A DNA stretch of 64,000 nt from Candidatus Eiseniibacteriota bacterium (GTDB lineage: Bacteria > Eisenbacteria > RBG-16-71-46 > CAZAMP01). The notes beneath the pieces are model-generated. The model worked only from the letters and a program-made list of their open reading frames with translations. It had not been told where the DNA came from and made no database searches. Position numbers and translations under genes: made by a program. Where the stretch lies: the NCBI GenBank assembly GCA_965224245.1, contig OZ245046.1, positions 4,064,001 to 4,128,000 of the forward strand, given 5' to 3'. This document shows, piece after piece, positions 28,461 to 38,012 of the stretch (the first letter of the stretch is position 1; the number at the start of each line of letters is the position of its first letter).

Positions 28461-31400
28461 ATGACGCCTCCCCGACGTCATACCCTGGCAGTCCTGGCAG
28501 CGCTCGCGATCGGAGCCGCGCGCGTCGCCGCGGCGGGCGACGACTGGACGTCGACGGGGTTCGAGGACTGGGAGTCCGGTCAGGACTTCTGGAACGTGAT
28601 CGGCGGACAGTGGCAGGTGGGGGAGCCGACGTACAGCTCGGGTCCCTCCGGCGCGTACTCGGGCGTCGCCTGCGCGGGGACCGACCTCTCCGGACCCACC
28701 GACGTCGGAGCGGACGCCCGGCTCGTGAGCCCGCCGACAGAGCTGGGATCCGGCGAGTCGGTGTACCTCTCGTTCCGTCACTGGTATCAGCTCGGAACGG
28801 GATCGGGTGCCCCCGACAGCGCGTTCGTCGAGCTCCGCGTCGATGGAGACCCCTGGCAGCGGGTGTCGACCGTCTTCCTCGGCGGCTCCAGGGTCTGGTC
28901 GCGCCACCTCGTGGATCTGAGTGCATTCGCCGGTCGGCGAGTCGAGATCGCCTTTCGTTTCCTGGGAAGAGCCTCCACGCCCCGCTCCGGTTGGTACGTC
29001 GACGACATCGAGCTCGTCGAGCGACCCCTCGTCTTCGAGAACCCGAACGACTTCGAGCTGGGGCTCGGCGACTGGTACGCCAGCCACGGACAGTGGCAGG
29101 TCGGGGAGCCGACGTACAGCTCGGGTCCCTCCGACGCGTATTCGGGCGTCGCGTGCGCGGGCACCGACCTCGCCGGACCCACCGACGTCGGGGCGGACGC
29201 CCGGCTCGTGAGCCCGCCGACAGAGCTCGGATCCGGCGAGTGGGTCTACCTCTCGTTCCGTCACTGGTATCAGCTCGGAACGGGATCGGGTGCCCCCGAC
29301 AGCGCGTTCGTCGAGCTCCGCGTCGATGGAGACCCCTGGCAGCGGGTGTCGACCGTCTTCCTCGGCAGCTCCAGGGTCTGGTCGCGCCACCTCGTGGATC
29401 TGAGTGCATTCGCCGGTCGGCGAGTCGAGATCGCCTTTCGTTTCCTGGGAAGAGCCTCCACGCCCCGCTCCGGTTGGTACGTCGACGACATCGAGCTCGT
29501 CGAGCGACCCCTCGTGTTCGAGAACCCGAACGACTTCGAGCTCGGGCTCGGCGACTGGTACGCCAGCCACGGACAGTGGCAGGTCGGGGAGCCGACGTAC
29601 GGCTCGGGTCCCTCCGGCGCGCACTCGGGTATCACCTGCGCGGGAACCGACCTTGCCGGAGCCACCGACTTCGGGACGGATTCTCGGCTCGTGAGTCCGC
29701 CGATCCAGTTGCTGCCGAACACGCTGTCGGACCCGATCCGGCTTTCGTTCTGGCACTGGTACTGGTTTGGCACGGGATCGGGCGCCCCCGACAGTGCGTG
29801 GGTGGAGGTGAGGCGACTGGCCGGGAACTGGAACCGCGCGTCCGACGAGTTCGTCGGGGCCTCGCGCGTATGGACCCGACACACGGTCGAGCTGACCGAG
29901 TACGCCGGCGATAGCGTCCAGGTGGCGTTTCGATTCCGAGGGAACGCCTCCGTGTCCCGATCCGGCTGGTACATCGACGATCTCGTGATGAGCGGCGTCG
30001 GTGGCACGTTCACGTCGTCGGTCGACTTCGGCACCGTGTCCCTGGGTCGGTCCACCGCGCTCCCCCTCACCCTGTACAACTTCAGCTCGGTACCGGTGCC
30101 CATCGTCGCCTACGAGCTGCAATCGTCCGACTTCAGCCTCTCCGAGTCCTTCCGTGACTCCATCGACGCCGGGAAGGCCGTCGTGCCGGCGCACGCCTCG
30201 CTCTCCACGCGGCTCGCGTTCCTCCCGCTCGACAGTGGGGCCCGCGTCGACACGCTTCGATTCGAGGACGACACCGGCGCCAGATACGCCGAGTACGCGC
30301 TCAGCGGGTGGGCGCCCGAGCTCCGCTTCAACGTGCTGACCGGCACGCTGTACCCGGACGGGGAGATCGACGCGGACGACGACCTGTTCGTTCCGGTCCA
30401 GATCGCCGAGTCGCTGGCCGTGGATTCGATCCGGGTGTCGTACTCGCCGTCGGGATCGCACGCCCTCACCCACAAGCGCCTGCAGCTCGCCGGCCGCGAC
30501 GACGGGATCGACACGTACGTGGCGCAGGTCCCACTGGAGGGCGCGATCCCCATCGGGCTCCAGCTGGCCGTGACCGCTCACACCGGCCCCGTCGTGGTGA
30601 GGGAGCCGGAGACCGGCTTTCAGCACCTGCGCATTCGAACCTCCGACGTCGCCTTCCCGGGGACGCTGCCCGCCGGCCGCTACTGCATGATCTCGGCCCC
30701 GATCGAGCTGGTGAGCCGGTCGGTGCTCGGACTGTTCGGAGACGACCTGGGTCCGGTCGATCCGGCTCGGTGGCGGATGTTCGCGTACGATCCCACGCGC
30801 GGATACGTGGAGATGCCAAGCAATGGCTTCGAAGAGATCGAGCACGGACGGGCCTACTGGCTGATCACCGAGAGTGGCGCTCGGCTGGACACGAGCCCGG
30901 TCATGGGAACGACGACGGCGGCGGACGTACCGTTCCAGCTGACGCTCCAGCCGGGATGGAACCAGATCGGAAACCCGTTCGCGTTCCCGATCGTGTGGGA
31001 CGACGTCGGACGCTCGGACCTCGGCGCCATCGGTCAGCCAGTCGCGTGGAACTGCACGGAGGAGAAGTACGAGGACGATACTCCGGAGATCTTCGAGCCG
31101 TACGTCGGCTACTTCATGAGAAACCACGCCGAGGTCGAGCAGCTTCTGACGATACCGCCGACCGCATTCGAGGACGCCACATCGACGTCTCGCGTGCAGC
31201 GCGGTCTGGACATGCAGGAGACCCTCCGGATCGACGCGGAGATCGACGGATCATCCAGCACCGTGGTGGTCGGGTTCCGCGAGGGCGCACTCGCCGGCGC
31301 CGATCCTCTGGATGGCGAGCTGCCCCCGCGCTTCCCCGATTCGCGCATCGAGCTGCGGATCGACAATCGCGACTGGGAACGGTGGCCCGGGTACTATCGC

Positions 31401-31958
31401 CGTGACGTACGGCCCGACGCCGAGGACGGTGCCGTCTGGACCCTCGAGCTGGACTCCCCCGAGAATCGCATCGTCGAGCTCCGGTTCACGCCCGCGCCGA
31501 GATCCACACGGCGCTACCGCGTGGTCGATCTCGAGCGCGACGTCACGATCGACGTCCAGACGCATGATCGGTACGACGTGGCGATCGGGTCGCGGCGCCC
31601 GTATCGTTTGACGCTGCTGGGCGGGGATGCCGCCTTCGTGAACGAGGCCGCGAGCGGCCTGACGCCCCCACCCCCCGGCCGACCGGTGCTCGCCGGTGCC
31701 GTCCCGAACCCGACGCTCGGGAGCGCCGTCGTCGAGTTCGGACTTCCCCGACCCGCGCGGGCGTCGTTGACGGTCTACGATCTCGCAGGGCGACGCGTCC
31801 GATCCGTGCTCGACGACGTGACACGATCCGGCGGATATCACGCCGTGGTCTGGGACGGGAACGACGACGCGGGCCGCCGTGTCCCTGCCGGCGTCTACGT
31901 CTTGCGGCTGCAGGTGGACTCGGTGACGCGGACGCGGAAGCTGACGCTGCTCAACTGA
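28461..31958 (+). CDS. Large secreted protein: three MAM/cleaved-adhesin-like jelly-roll domains, Ig-like domains, FlgD/T9SS-like C-terminal domain
   Basis: Signal peptide. Three ~161-aa units (WQVGEPT...LVSPP...LSF.HWY...GWY.DD). GWNQIGNPF. C-terminal PNP...YDLAGRRV...WDGNDDAGRRVPAGVY...RKLTLL. Confidence 0.85.
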   Translation: MTPPRRHTLAVLAALAIGAARVAAAGDDWTSTGFEDWESGQDFWNVIGGQWQVGEPTYSSGPSGAYSGVACAGTDLSGPTDVGADARLVSPPTELGSGESVYLSFRHWYQLGTGSGAPDSAFVELRVDGDPWQRVSTVFLGGSRVWSRHLVDLSAFAGRRVEIAFRFLGRASTPRSGWYVDDIELVERPLVFENPNDFELGLGDWYASHGQWQVGEPTYSSGPSDAYSGVACAGTDLAGPTDVGADARLVSPPTELGSGEWVYLSFRHWYQLGTGSGAPDSAFVELRVDGDPWQRVSTVFLGSSRVWSRHLVDLSAFAGRRVEIAFRFLGRASTPRSGWYVDDIELVERPLVFENPNDFELGLGDWYASHGQWQVGEPTYGSGPSGAHSGITCAGTDLAGATDFGTDSRLVSPPIQLLPNTLSDPIRLSFWHWYWFGTGSGAPDSAWVEVRRLAGNWNRASDEFVGASRVWTRHTVELTEYAGDSVQVAFRFRGNASVSRSGWYIDDLVMSGVGGTFTSSVDFGTVSLGRSTALPLTLYNFSSVPVPIVAYELQSSDFSLSESFRDSIDAGKAVVPAHASLSTRLAFLPLDSGARVDTLRFEDDTGARYAEYALSGWAPELRFNVLTGTLYPDGEIDADDDLFVPVQIAESLAVDSIRVSYSPSGSHALTHKRLQLAGRDDGIDTYVAQVPLEGAIPIGLQLAVTAHTGPVVVREPETGFQHLRIRTSDVAFPGTLPAGRYCMISAPIELVSRSVLGLFGDDLGPVDPARWRMFAYDPTRGYVEMPSNGFEEIEHGRAYWLITESGARLDTSPVMGTTTAADVPFQLTLQPGWNQIGNPFAFPIVWDDVGRSDLGAIGQPVAWNCTEEKYEDDTPEIFEPYVGYFMRNHAEVEQLLTIPPTAFEDATSTSRVQRGLDMQETLRIDAEIDGSSSTVVVGFREGALAGADPLDGELPPRFPDSRIELRIDNRDWERWPGYYRRDVRPDAEDGAVWTLELDSPENRIVELRFTPAPRSTRRYRVVDLERDVTIDVQTHDRYDVAIGSRRPYRLTLLGGDAAFVNEAASGLTPPPPGRPVLAGAVPNPTLGSAVVEFGLPRPARASLTVYDLAGRRVRSVLDDVTRSGGYHAVVWDGNDDAGRRVPAGVYVLRLQVDSVTRTRKLTLLN
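28605..29620 (+). repeat. 483-bp near-identical tandem duplication inside the CDS
   Basis: CAGTGGCAGG recurs at 28608, 29091 and 29574. Copies 1 and 2 differ at only scattered positions. Confidence 0.95.
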
Positions 31959-31967
31959 CACCGCTCG
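31959..31967. repeat. 9-bp direct repeat CACCGCTCG, right copy
   Basis: Abuts the TGA of the large secreted gene and lies 3 bp from the tonB stop. Confidence 0.65.
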
Positions 31968-31970
31968 CGA

Positions 31971-32621
31971 TCACGACCTCAACGTGAACGTGAACGGCAC
32001 CCGTACCCACACCGCCACCGGCTGTCCCCGGTAGAGCGCGGGCGTGAACTCCCACCGGCGGACCGCGCGCAGAACCGTCGCGTCGAAGAGATCCGGCGGG
32101 TCGGCCTGCTCGATGATCGCGTCGATCACGCGGCCCTCGCGATTGACCAGGATTCGCACCAGCACCGAGCCCTCGAGGCCCAGCTCATAGGCGCGTCTCG
32201 GGTATTCCGGATCGATCTGACGGCGCGCGACGGGAGCCACGTCCACGGCGTCCTCGTCCAGGATCAGGCTCGCCAGCCCGCTGACCTCGTCGATCTCCCG
32301 GCCGAGGATGGGCCTGAGAAGCGACGCCGGGTCGAGGTCGGGCGTCATCAGCTCGCTCGCCTGGATGGCCGACGGAAGCTCGGGCAGCGCCAGCGACGGC
32401 CTGGGTGGGGCGCGGCGCTCGCGCTCGGGCTCGGGCGTCTCCGGGGTCGGACGCTTCTCGGTCGCGGCCAGCGTCACCGACATCGGCCGCAGGATCTCGT
32501 CGGTGAAGGGGACGATCGTCTCGTCCGCGCGCGACTGCACGCGCACGAGAAGCAGCACGCCGACCGCGTTGACGGCCAGGGTCAGGATCGCGGCGAGGAG
32601 ATAGTCGCGTCGGCGCTGCAT
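31971..32621 (-). CDS. tonB: Energy transducer TonB
   Basis: N-terminal TM, Pro-rich linker, PEYPRRA...EGSV.VRILV...G.V...WEFTPA...GQPV. Confidence 0.9.
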   Translation of the reverse strand: MQRRRDYLLAAILTLAVNAVGVLLLVRVQSRADETIVPFTDEILRPMSVTLAATEKRPTPETPEPERERRAPPRPSLALPELPSAIQASELMTPDLDPASLLRPILGREIDEVSGLASLILDEDAVDVAPVARRQIDPEYPRRAYELGLEGSVLVRILVNREGRVIDAIIEQADPPDLFDATVLRAVRRWEFTPALYRGQPVAVWVRVPFTFTLRS

Positions 32622-32626
32622 CGTGC

Positions 32627-33037
32627 TCAGCTCTCGTCGTCCACGGCCACGCCGACGTCGCGGGCGCCGGCGAGGCGGCACTGGTCGACGACGTCGACGA
32701 GCTGTCCCGACGGGTTGCGCTCGTCGATCACAACGAGCACCGACGATCGGCCGGTGCGGGTGAGCCGATCGCGCACGTAGCTCTGGACCATCCACTCCTG
32801 CACGAGCCGATCGTCGACGCGGATGCGGCCGCCGCGGTCGATCGTGACCCGGACGACTCCCGGGTCCACCTCGCTCGCCGTGCGCGCGCCCGGTCGCTCG
32901 ATCTCGAGCTCGTGATCGCGGACGAACGTGGCGCTGACCATGAAGAAGATCAGAAGCAGGAACGTCATGTCGATCAGCGGGGAGATGTTCAGCTCCTCGC
33001 TGTCGCGCACGAGCTGGAACCGCCGGCGCGGCCTCAC
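32627..33037 (-). CDS. exbD: Biopolymer transporter ExbD
   Basis: ELNISPLIDMTFLLLIFFMV, VVDQCRLAGA. GTG start overlaps the exbB stop. Confidence 0.92.
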   Translation of the reverse strand: MRPRRRFQLVRDSEELNISPLIDMTFLLLIFFMVSATFVRDHELEIERPGARTASEVDPGVVRVTIDRGGRIRVDDRLVQEWMVQSYVRDRLTRTGRSSVLVVIDERNPSGQLVDVVDQCRLAGARDVGVAVDDES

Positions 33038-33528
33038 GACGCACGCTCCGCGCGCGGGTGCTGGCGCAGCCAGCGGTGGAGCTCGTTGACGTTTCGCCGC
33101 TGGCGTCCGTCCAGCACGCGCCCCACGAAGAGGCCCGGGATGGCCACGAAGAGCCCCATCTGCGTGGAGACGAGGGCCTCGGAGATGCCACCCGCCACGC
33201 CCGCGTCGGGCGCCAGCCCGCCGGCGCCGGTCAGCGCGGAGAACGTGCCGATCATCCCGTTCACGGTGCCGAGGAGACCGAGGAGGGGCGCCACGTGCGT
33301 GATCGTGCGGATGGTGGGGCCGAAGCGCCCCATCGCGCGCTCGGCCTCGACGATCACCAGATCGGGACGCGCCCCGGGGGCGGCGAGCCGTCGAGACACC
33401 CACGGGAGTGCGTTCCCGAGCCGCTGCACCCGGAGCCCGATCAGAAACCACATCGACAACGCCAGCGCGACCAGCGGGATCATGACGAAGCCGCCGGTGG
33501 CGAGATACTCGAGCGCGCCCGCGATCAC
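33034..33528 (-). CDS. exbB: MotA/TolQ/ExbB proton channel, short form
   Basis: APLLGLLGTVNGMIGTF, GGISEALVSTQMGL. Confidence 0.9.
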   Translation of the reverse strand: MIAGALEYLATGGFVMIPLVALALSMWFLIGLRVQRLGNALPWVSRRLAAPGARPDLVIVEAERAMGRFGPTIRTITHVAPLLGLLGTVNGMIGTFSALTGAGGLAPDAGVAGGISEALVSTQMGLFVAIPGLFVGRVLDGRQRRNVNELHRWLRQHPRAERAS

Positions 33529-34931
33529 GAGCGCCTCTCGCCGCCCGCCGAGACGGTCGCGGCGGCGCCCGTCCCCCCGTCGTGCAACGCGAGCCCCACC
33601 GTGAGCCCGTAGTGCTCCATGTCCGCCAGCAGACGATCCACCCGACCCGACAGCGCGTTGTGCACGAGCAGCACCGGTATGGCCACCGCCAGCCCCAGCT
33701 CGGTGGTGATGAGCGCCTCGGAGATCCCGCCCGAGAGCAGCTTGGCGTTCCCGGCGCCGAACTGGGTCAGCACCTCGAACGTCGAGATCATGCCGGTCAC
33801 GGTGCCCAGAAGTCCCAGCAGCGGCGACACGGCCGCGATCACGCGGAGCGTGGTCAGGAGCCGTTCCAGCCGCGGCGTCTCGCGCAGGATGGCGCTGGCC
33901 ACCGCGTCGTCGATGGCCTCGCGCCCCCGCGCGCGATGGTCGATCGCGGCGACCACGACGCGCCCCACGACGCTCTCGTTCACGCGACAGGCTTCGCGCG
34001 CACCGTCGACGTCGCCGGCGCGGAGCCGGGCCGTGATGTCGGCGATCGAGGGTCGGACGGCGCCCACGCGCGCGAGCGTCACGAGGCGTTCGATCACGAT
34101 CACGAGCGCGACGGCGGCCAGGATCAGGATCGGCCAGACCAGGACCCCGCCCGCGCGCAGAAGCTCTCCGAAGCCGAGCCCTCCACCCTCCTCGACGACG
34201 GCGTCGGCGTCCTCGCTCAGGTGCACCGGAACGAGCGCCGGTGGATCGCCGTCCATCCAGGCCCGGGCGGCGGCCCGCCCGCTCGCGTCCACCACCTGGA
34301 GGACGCCGTTGCCCGCGGGCGCGAGCACGCCGCCGTCCTCGGCAGGGGACAGCGCGGCCACGGTGCCCACGTGCAGGATGACGCCGTGCGTCTCCTCGCC
34401 GTTCGCGTCGAAGAACGTCCCCTCCGCCGATACCACGCGCCCGAGACGATCGGCCCGGGCGAGTCCTCGCGTCAGGAGCCACTCGACCCGCGCGGCCACG
34501 CCGATCGAGTCCGAGGGCCAGGCGATCGTCGTGTCGGCGTCGGCGAGCGTGCGCCAGGCGTGCGTGAGGGTGGTCTCGAGGAGATCGCGCCGCGCCTCGG
34601 TGGCTTCGAGACGCGATTCGAGCGCCAGCGATTCGGTCTCCAGCGCATCGATGCGCGCCCGCACCTGGTCGAGCGTGTCGCGGCGCGCGTCGAGCGTCGC
34701 CTGCAGACGGGCCAGGCGCTCCGCGCCGAGGGTCTCGGTGCGCGCGTACTCGTCCTCGAGCGCCTGGCGCTCGGCCTCCAGCACGGCCTTCTCGCGCGTG
34801 AACGCATCGTCCAGGGGATCCGCCGTGGAAGGCGTCGGCACGATCGCGGCGGTGATGGCGGCCGCGATGGCGGCCGCCATCACCGCCGCAATCGGCACCG
34901 TGACGACGGCGAGTCTCGTGAGTCGCATCAT
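33525..34931 (-). CDS. MotA/TolQ/ExbB proton channel with long periplasmic N-terminus (TtpC-like)
   Basis: Signal peptide and coiled coil, then SPLLGLLGTVTGMISTF and GGISEALITTELGL. Confidence 0.88.
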   Translation of the reverse strand: MMRLTRLAVVTVPIAAVMAAAIAAAITAAIVPTPSTADPLDDAFTREKAVLEAERQALEDEYARTETLGAERLARLQATLDARRDTLDQVRARIDALETESLALESRLEATEARRDLLETTLTHAWRTLADADTTIAWPSDSIGVAARVEWLLTRGLARADRLGRVVSAEGTFFDANGEETHGVILHVGTVAALSPAEDGGVLAPAGNGVLQVVDASGRAAARAWMDGDPPALVPVHLSEDADAVVEEGGGLGFGELLRAGGVLVWPILILAAVALVIVIERLVTLARVGAVRPSIADITARLRAGDVDGAREACRVNESVVGRVVVAAIDHRARGREAIDDAVASAILRETPRLERLLTTLRVIAAVSPLLGLLGTVTGMISTFEVLTQFGAGNAKLLSGGISEALITTELGLAVAIPVLLVHNALSGRVDRLLADMEHYGLTVGLALHDGGTGAAATVSAGGERRS

Positions 34932-35758
34932 GGGGCCGTCACCACACGTCCGACCGGAATCTCGAACGCCCCCGCCGCGGCCGCGCGATCGGCGGCCCGA
35001 AAGAGCTCGGCGGTCGCGCGGGCCCGCGCGTCGTCGTCGAACCACTCGAACCGGAAGCCGTCGTCGGTCTCGACCGCCTGCCCGTAGCGACCATCCTGCG
35101 ATCGCGTGTAGAGGGCGACCATCCCGAGCCGGACGACGTCCACGAGCTCACGTTCGTCCCCGATCGCGATGGCCTGCCGATGTCGGCCGATCCCCCGGCA
35201 GAGACGGATCTCGTCCTCGACGAACTGCCAGAGCCGCGACGCGCACGTCTCGGCGTCCAGGAGCCCGCGCTCGAAGTCGCGCTCGAGGGACGTGAGGAGC
35301 TGCCGGCGCTCGTCGAACCGAAACGGCAGCCGGCGCTCGACCGACCGGATCGCCTGATCGAGGGCCACCGCAACCGCGCGGGCCAGGTCGTCGTCGCTCG
35401 CGCCGCGCGCGAGAGCCGCGCTGCGCCGGAGCGCGACGACGTTCTCGAGATCGGCGAGCCGCAGTCGCTCACGGGTCAGGATCAGGCGGAGCTCCTCGTC
35501 CTCGGCGGCCAGGGCCCGCGCTTCGGCCCGATCATCCTCGCGCGCCCGGCGGATGTCCCGTTCGAGACGGTCGATCTCGGACCGGAGCGAGGCCAGGGCC
35601 TCGCCGGCCTCGGTGAGATCGGATTCGGCAACGGCCCCGCCGAGGATCCGGGTCCCCGGCGTGACGGAGAGCGATGCGCCGGCGCGCGGGCCGAACGCCG
35701 AGATCCCCACCACCACGGCCGTCAGCGCGACGAGAAACGTGCGAGCAGGTCGGATCAC
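34928..35758 (-). CDS. DUF3450 family protein
   Basis: Signal peptide, coiled coil, LPFRFDERR, VRLGMVALY. Canonical position before the large ExbB. Confidence 0.78.
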   Translation of the reverse strand: MIRPARTFLVALTAVVVGISAFGPRAGASLSVTPGTRILGGAVAESDLTEAGEALASLRSEIDRLERDIRRAREDDRAEARALAAEDEELRLILTRERLRLADLENVVALRRSAALARGASDDDLARAVAVALDQAIRSVERRLPFRFDERRQLLTSLERDFERGLLDAETCASRLWQFVEDEIRLCRGIGRHRQAIAIGDERELVDVVRLGMVALYTRSQDGRYGQAVETDDGFRFEWFDDDARARATAELFRAADRAAAAGAFEIPVGRVVTAP

Positions 35759-37371
35759 AGCACCACCTGGCGCACGCGGTCGACGACGTCCCACGTCGCG
35801 ATCTCGTCCAGCGGTGCGTCGGGCACCTGCGCGTCCACGCCGATGATCCCCAGCGCGTGCTGGCGGTCCTTCCGCATCGTCACGGACATGCGCGAGATGT
35901 TGATGTCGTGCTGGCCGAACAGCGTTCCGATCTTGCCGATGACGCCGGGGCGATCGTCGTGGAGCGTCACAAGGAGCGTGCCCTCGGGCTCGAGATCCAG
36001 CGTGTAGCCGTCGATCTCGGTGATCTTGGGTGTCGACGTCCCGAAGATCGTCCCGGCCACGCTGTGGCTGCGCTCCTGTCCGCCGGCGTCCTTCGAGGTC
36101 ACCGTGGCCCGGACCCAGTTCGTGTAGGTGGCCATGTCGGCGCGTGGCGTGGACACGATGCTGCCCACGAGCTCGGTCCCGCACTTCGCGGCGAACTGGG
36201 TCACGTTGACCGCGTTGATGCGATCCATGGTGAAGATGTGCTCGAGGAACGTCTGCGCCGCCGAGAGCAGGATGAGCTCACGATGGCCGTGGTTCTCGTC
36301 GCCGAAGATCTCCACCGCGAACCGCACCGGATCGCCTTCGCGGAGCTGTCCCTGGAGCGAGCCGATCTTGCGGGCCAGGTGCACCGTGGCCCGCGTCAGG
36401 TCGCTCACGTTGGCCAGCCGCACCTGCGAGTTGATGGCGCTGGACGCCGACCCGGTCGTCGCGTACTCGAGAATGAGCTCGGACGCCTCGACGGCCACGT
36501 TCAGCTGCGCTTCCTTCGTGGACGCACCGAGGTGCGGGGTCAGCACGACGTTGTCGAGCCCGAGAAGCGGGTTGTCCTCCGCCGGGGGCTCGCCGTCGAA
36601 CACGTCGACCGCGGCGCCCTTGATGACGCCTTCCTTGCACGCGCCCGCCAGCGCCCGCTCGTCCACGATGCCGCCCCGGGCGCAGTTGATGAAGAACGCG
36701 GTCGGCTTCATCCGCGAGAGCTCGTCGCGCCCGATCAGTCCCTTGGTCTTGTCGTTCTTGGGACAGTGCAGCGAGACCACGTCGGAGCGCTCGAGGAGCT
36801 CGTTCAGCTCGACGGCGTGCACGCCGTGACGCTTGGCGTTGTCGGCGGTGAGGAAGGGATCGTAGGCGACGACGTTCATCTCGTAGCCGCGCGCGATCCG
36901 GGCCACGACGGCCCCGATGTTCCCGAGACCGATGATGCCGAGCGTCTTGCCGCGCAGCTCGGTGCCCGTGTACTTCTTCTTGTCCCAGCGGCCCGCCTTC
37001 AAGGACGCGCACGCGGCCGGTACGTGGCGGGCCAGGGAGACGATCAGCGAGAACGTGTGCTCGGCGGTCGTGGTCGCGTTCCCGTGCGGGGTGTTGGCGA
37101 CCAGGATGCCGCGCTCGGTCGCGTGGGGCACGTCGATGTTGTCGACGCCGATGCCCGCGCGAACCGCGATCTCGAGCCGCTCGGCGGCGTCGAGAACGTC
37201 GGCGGTGAGCTTCGTGGCGCTCCGGATGATGACGGCCTGATACGCGCCGATCTCAGACTTCAGCGTGTCGGGATCCATCGTGGGGCGCACGTCCAGGTCG
37301 ATCCCGTCGGCACGTTCGAGGATCTCGAGGCCGACCGGTGCGAGGTTGTCCGTCGCCAGAACCTTGAGCAT
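35755..37371 (-). CDS. serA: D-3-phosphoglycerate dehydrogenase
   Basis: IIRSATK, RAGIGVDNID, GLGNIG, NCARGG, TPHLGAST, and an ACT domain with HDDRPGVIG. Confidence 0.95.
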   Translation of the reverse strand: MLKVLATDNLAPVGLEILERADGIDLDVRPTMDPDTLKSEIGAYQAVIIRSATKLTADVLDAAERLEIAVRAGIGVDNIDVPHATERGILVANTPHGNATTTAEHTFSLIVSLARHVPAACASLKAGRWDKKKYTGTELRGKTLGIIGLGNIGAVVARIARGYEMNVVAYDPFLTADNAKRHGVHAVELNELLERSDVVSLHCPKNDKTKGLIGRDELSRMKPTAFFINCARGGIVDERALAGACKEGVIKGAAVDVFDGEPPAEDNPLLGLDNVVLTPHLGASTKEAQLNVAVEASELILEYATTGSASSAINSQVRLANVSDLTRATVHLARKIGSLQGQLREGDPVRFAVEIFGDENHGHRELILLSAAQTFLEHIFTMDRINAVNVTQFAAKCGTELVGSIVSTPRADMATYTNWVRATVTSKDAGGQERSHSVAGTIFGTSTPKITEIDGYTLDLEPEGTLLVTLHDDRPGVIGKIGTLFGQHDINISRMSVTMRKDRQHALGIIGVDAQVPDAPLDEIATWDVVDRVRQVVL

Positions 37372-37574
37372 GGCTTCCGACCTCCTGCGAACCCCGCCTG
37401 CGTGGAACGCCAGTTCTTCGGTTCGCGGTTGCGGTGGCTGTCGAATCTGGCCCGAGTCTACCCCCACGGGGTCGACAATGCACTCGCGCATGGGGCGAGC
37501 CGCCGGGGCTCGGGTTGCGGTAGGATGTCGTGGCTGGGGTCCCCCCCGACCGCGTCATCCACAGGAGTGGTTCC

Positions 37575-38012
37575 ATGGCGTCTGTATTCACCAAGATCAT
37601 CCGAGGCGAGCTTCCCGCGCACGTCGTCTGGCGGGACGATCGCGCCATCGTGTTCCTCTCGATCAACCCGCTTCGACCCGGCCACGCGCTCGTCGTTCCC
37701 GTCGAGGAGATCGACCACTGGCTGGACCTGGACGAGGACCTGCGGAACCACCTGATGGGCGTCGCGCACGCGATCGGACGTGCGATCGAGCGCGTGTACT
37801 CGCCCGAGAAGGTCGGGCTGATGCTGGCCGGGCTGGAGGTCCCGCACGCGCACATCCACGTGGTACCGATCTGGACGGTGCGCGACCTCGACTTCGGCAA
37901 CGCCGAGTCCAACCCCCCCGAGGGATCCTTGGCCGAAGCCGCCGCGTCGCTCCGGGACGCGCTGGTGGCGCTGGGCCACGGCGACGCGGTCTCACGCGCC
38001 TCAAGCGGGTGA
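37575..38012 (+). CDS. HIT family protein
   Basis: SVFTKII.GELP, GHALVVP, VPHAHIHVVP. AGGAG RBS. Confidence 0.93.
   Translation: MASVFTKIIRGELPAHVVWRDDRAIVFLSINPLRPGHALVVPVEEIDHWLDLDEDLRNHLMGVAHAIGRAIERVYSPEKVGLMLAGLEVPHAHIHVVPIWTVRDLDFGNAESNPPEGSLAEAAASLRDALVALGHGDAVSRASSG

Noticed and set aside
28605-29620. Diversity-generating retroelement TR/VR pair using the RT at 55.5-56.1 kb
   Set aside because: Differences between copies are not adenine-specific, both copies are coding and in tandem, and the RT is a broken group II intron type.
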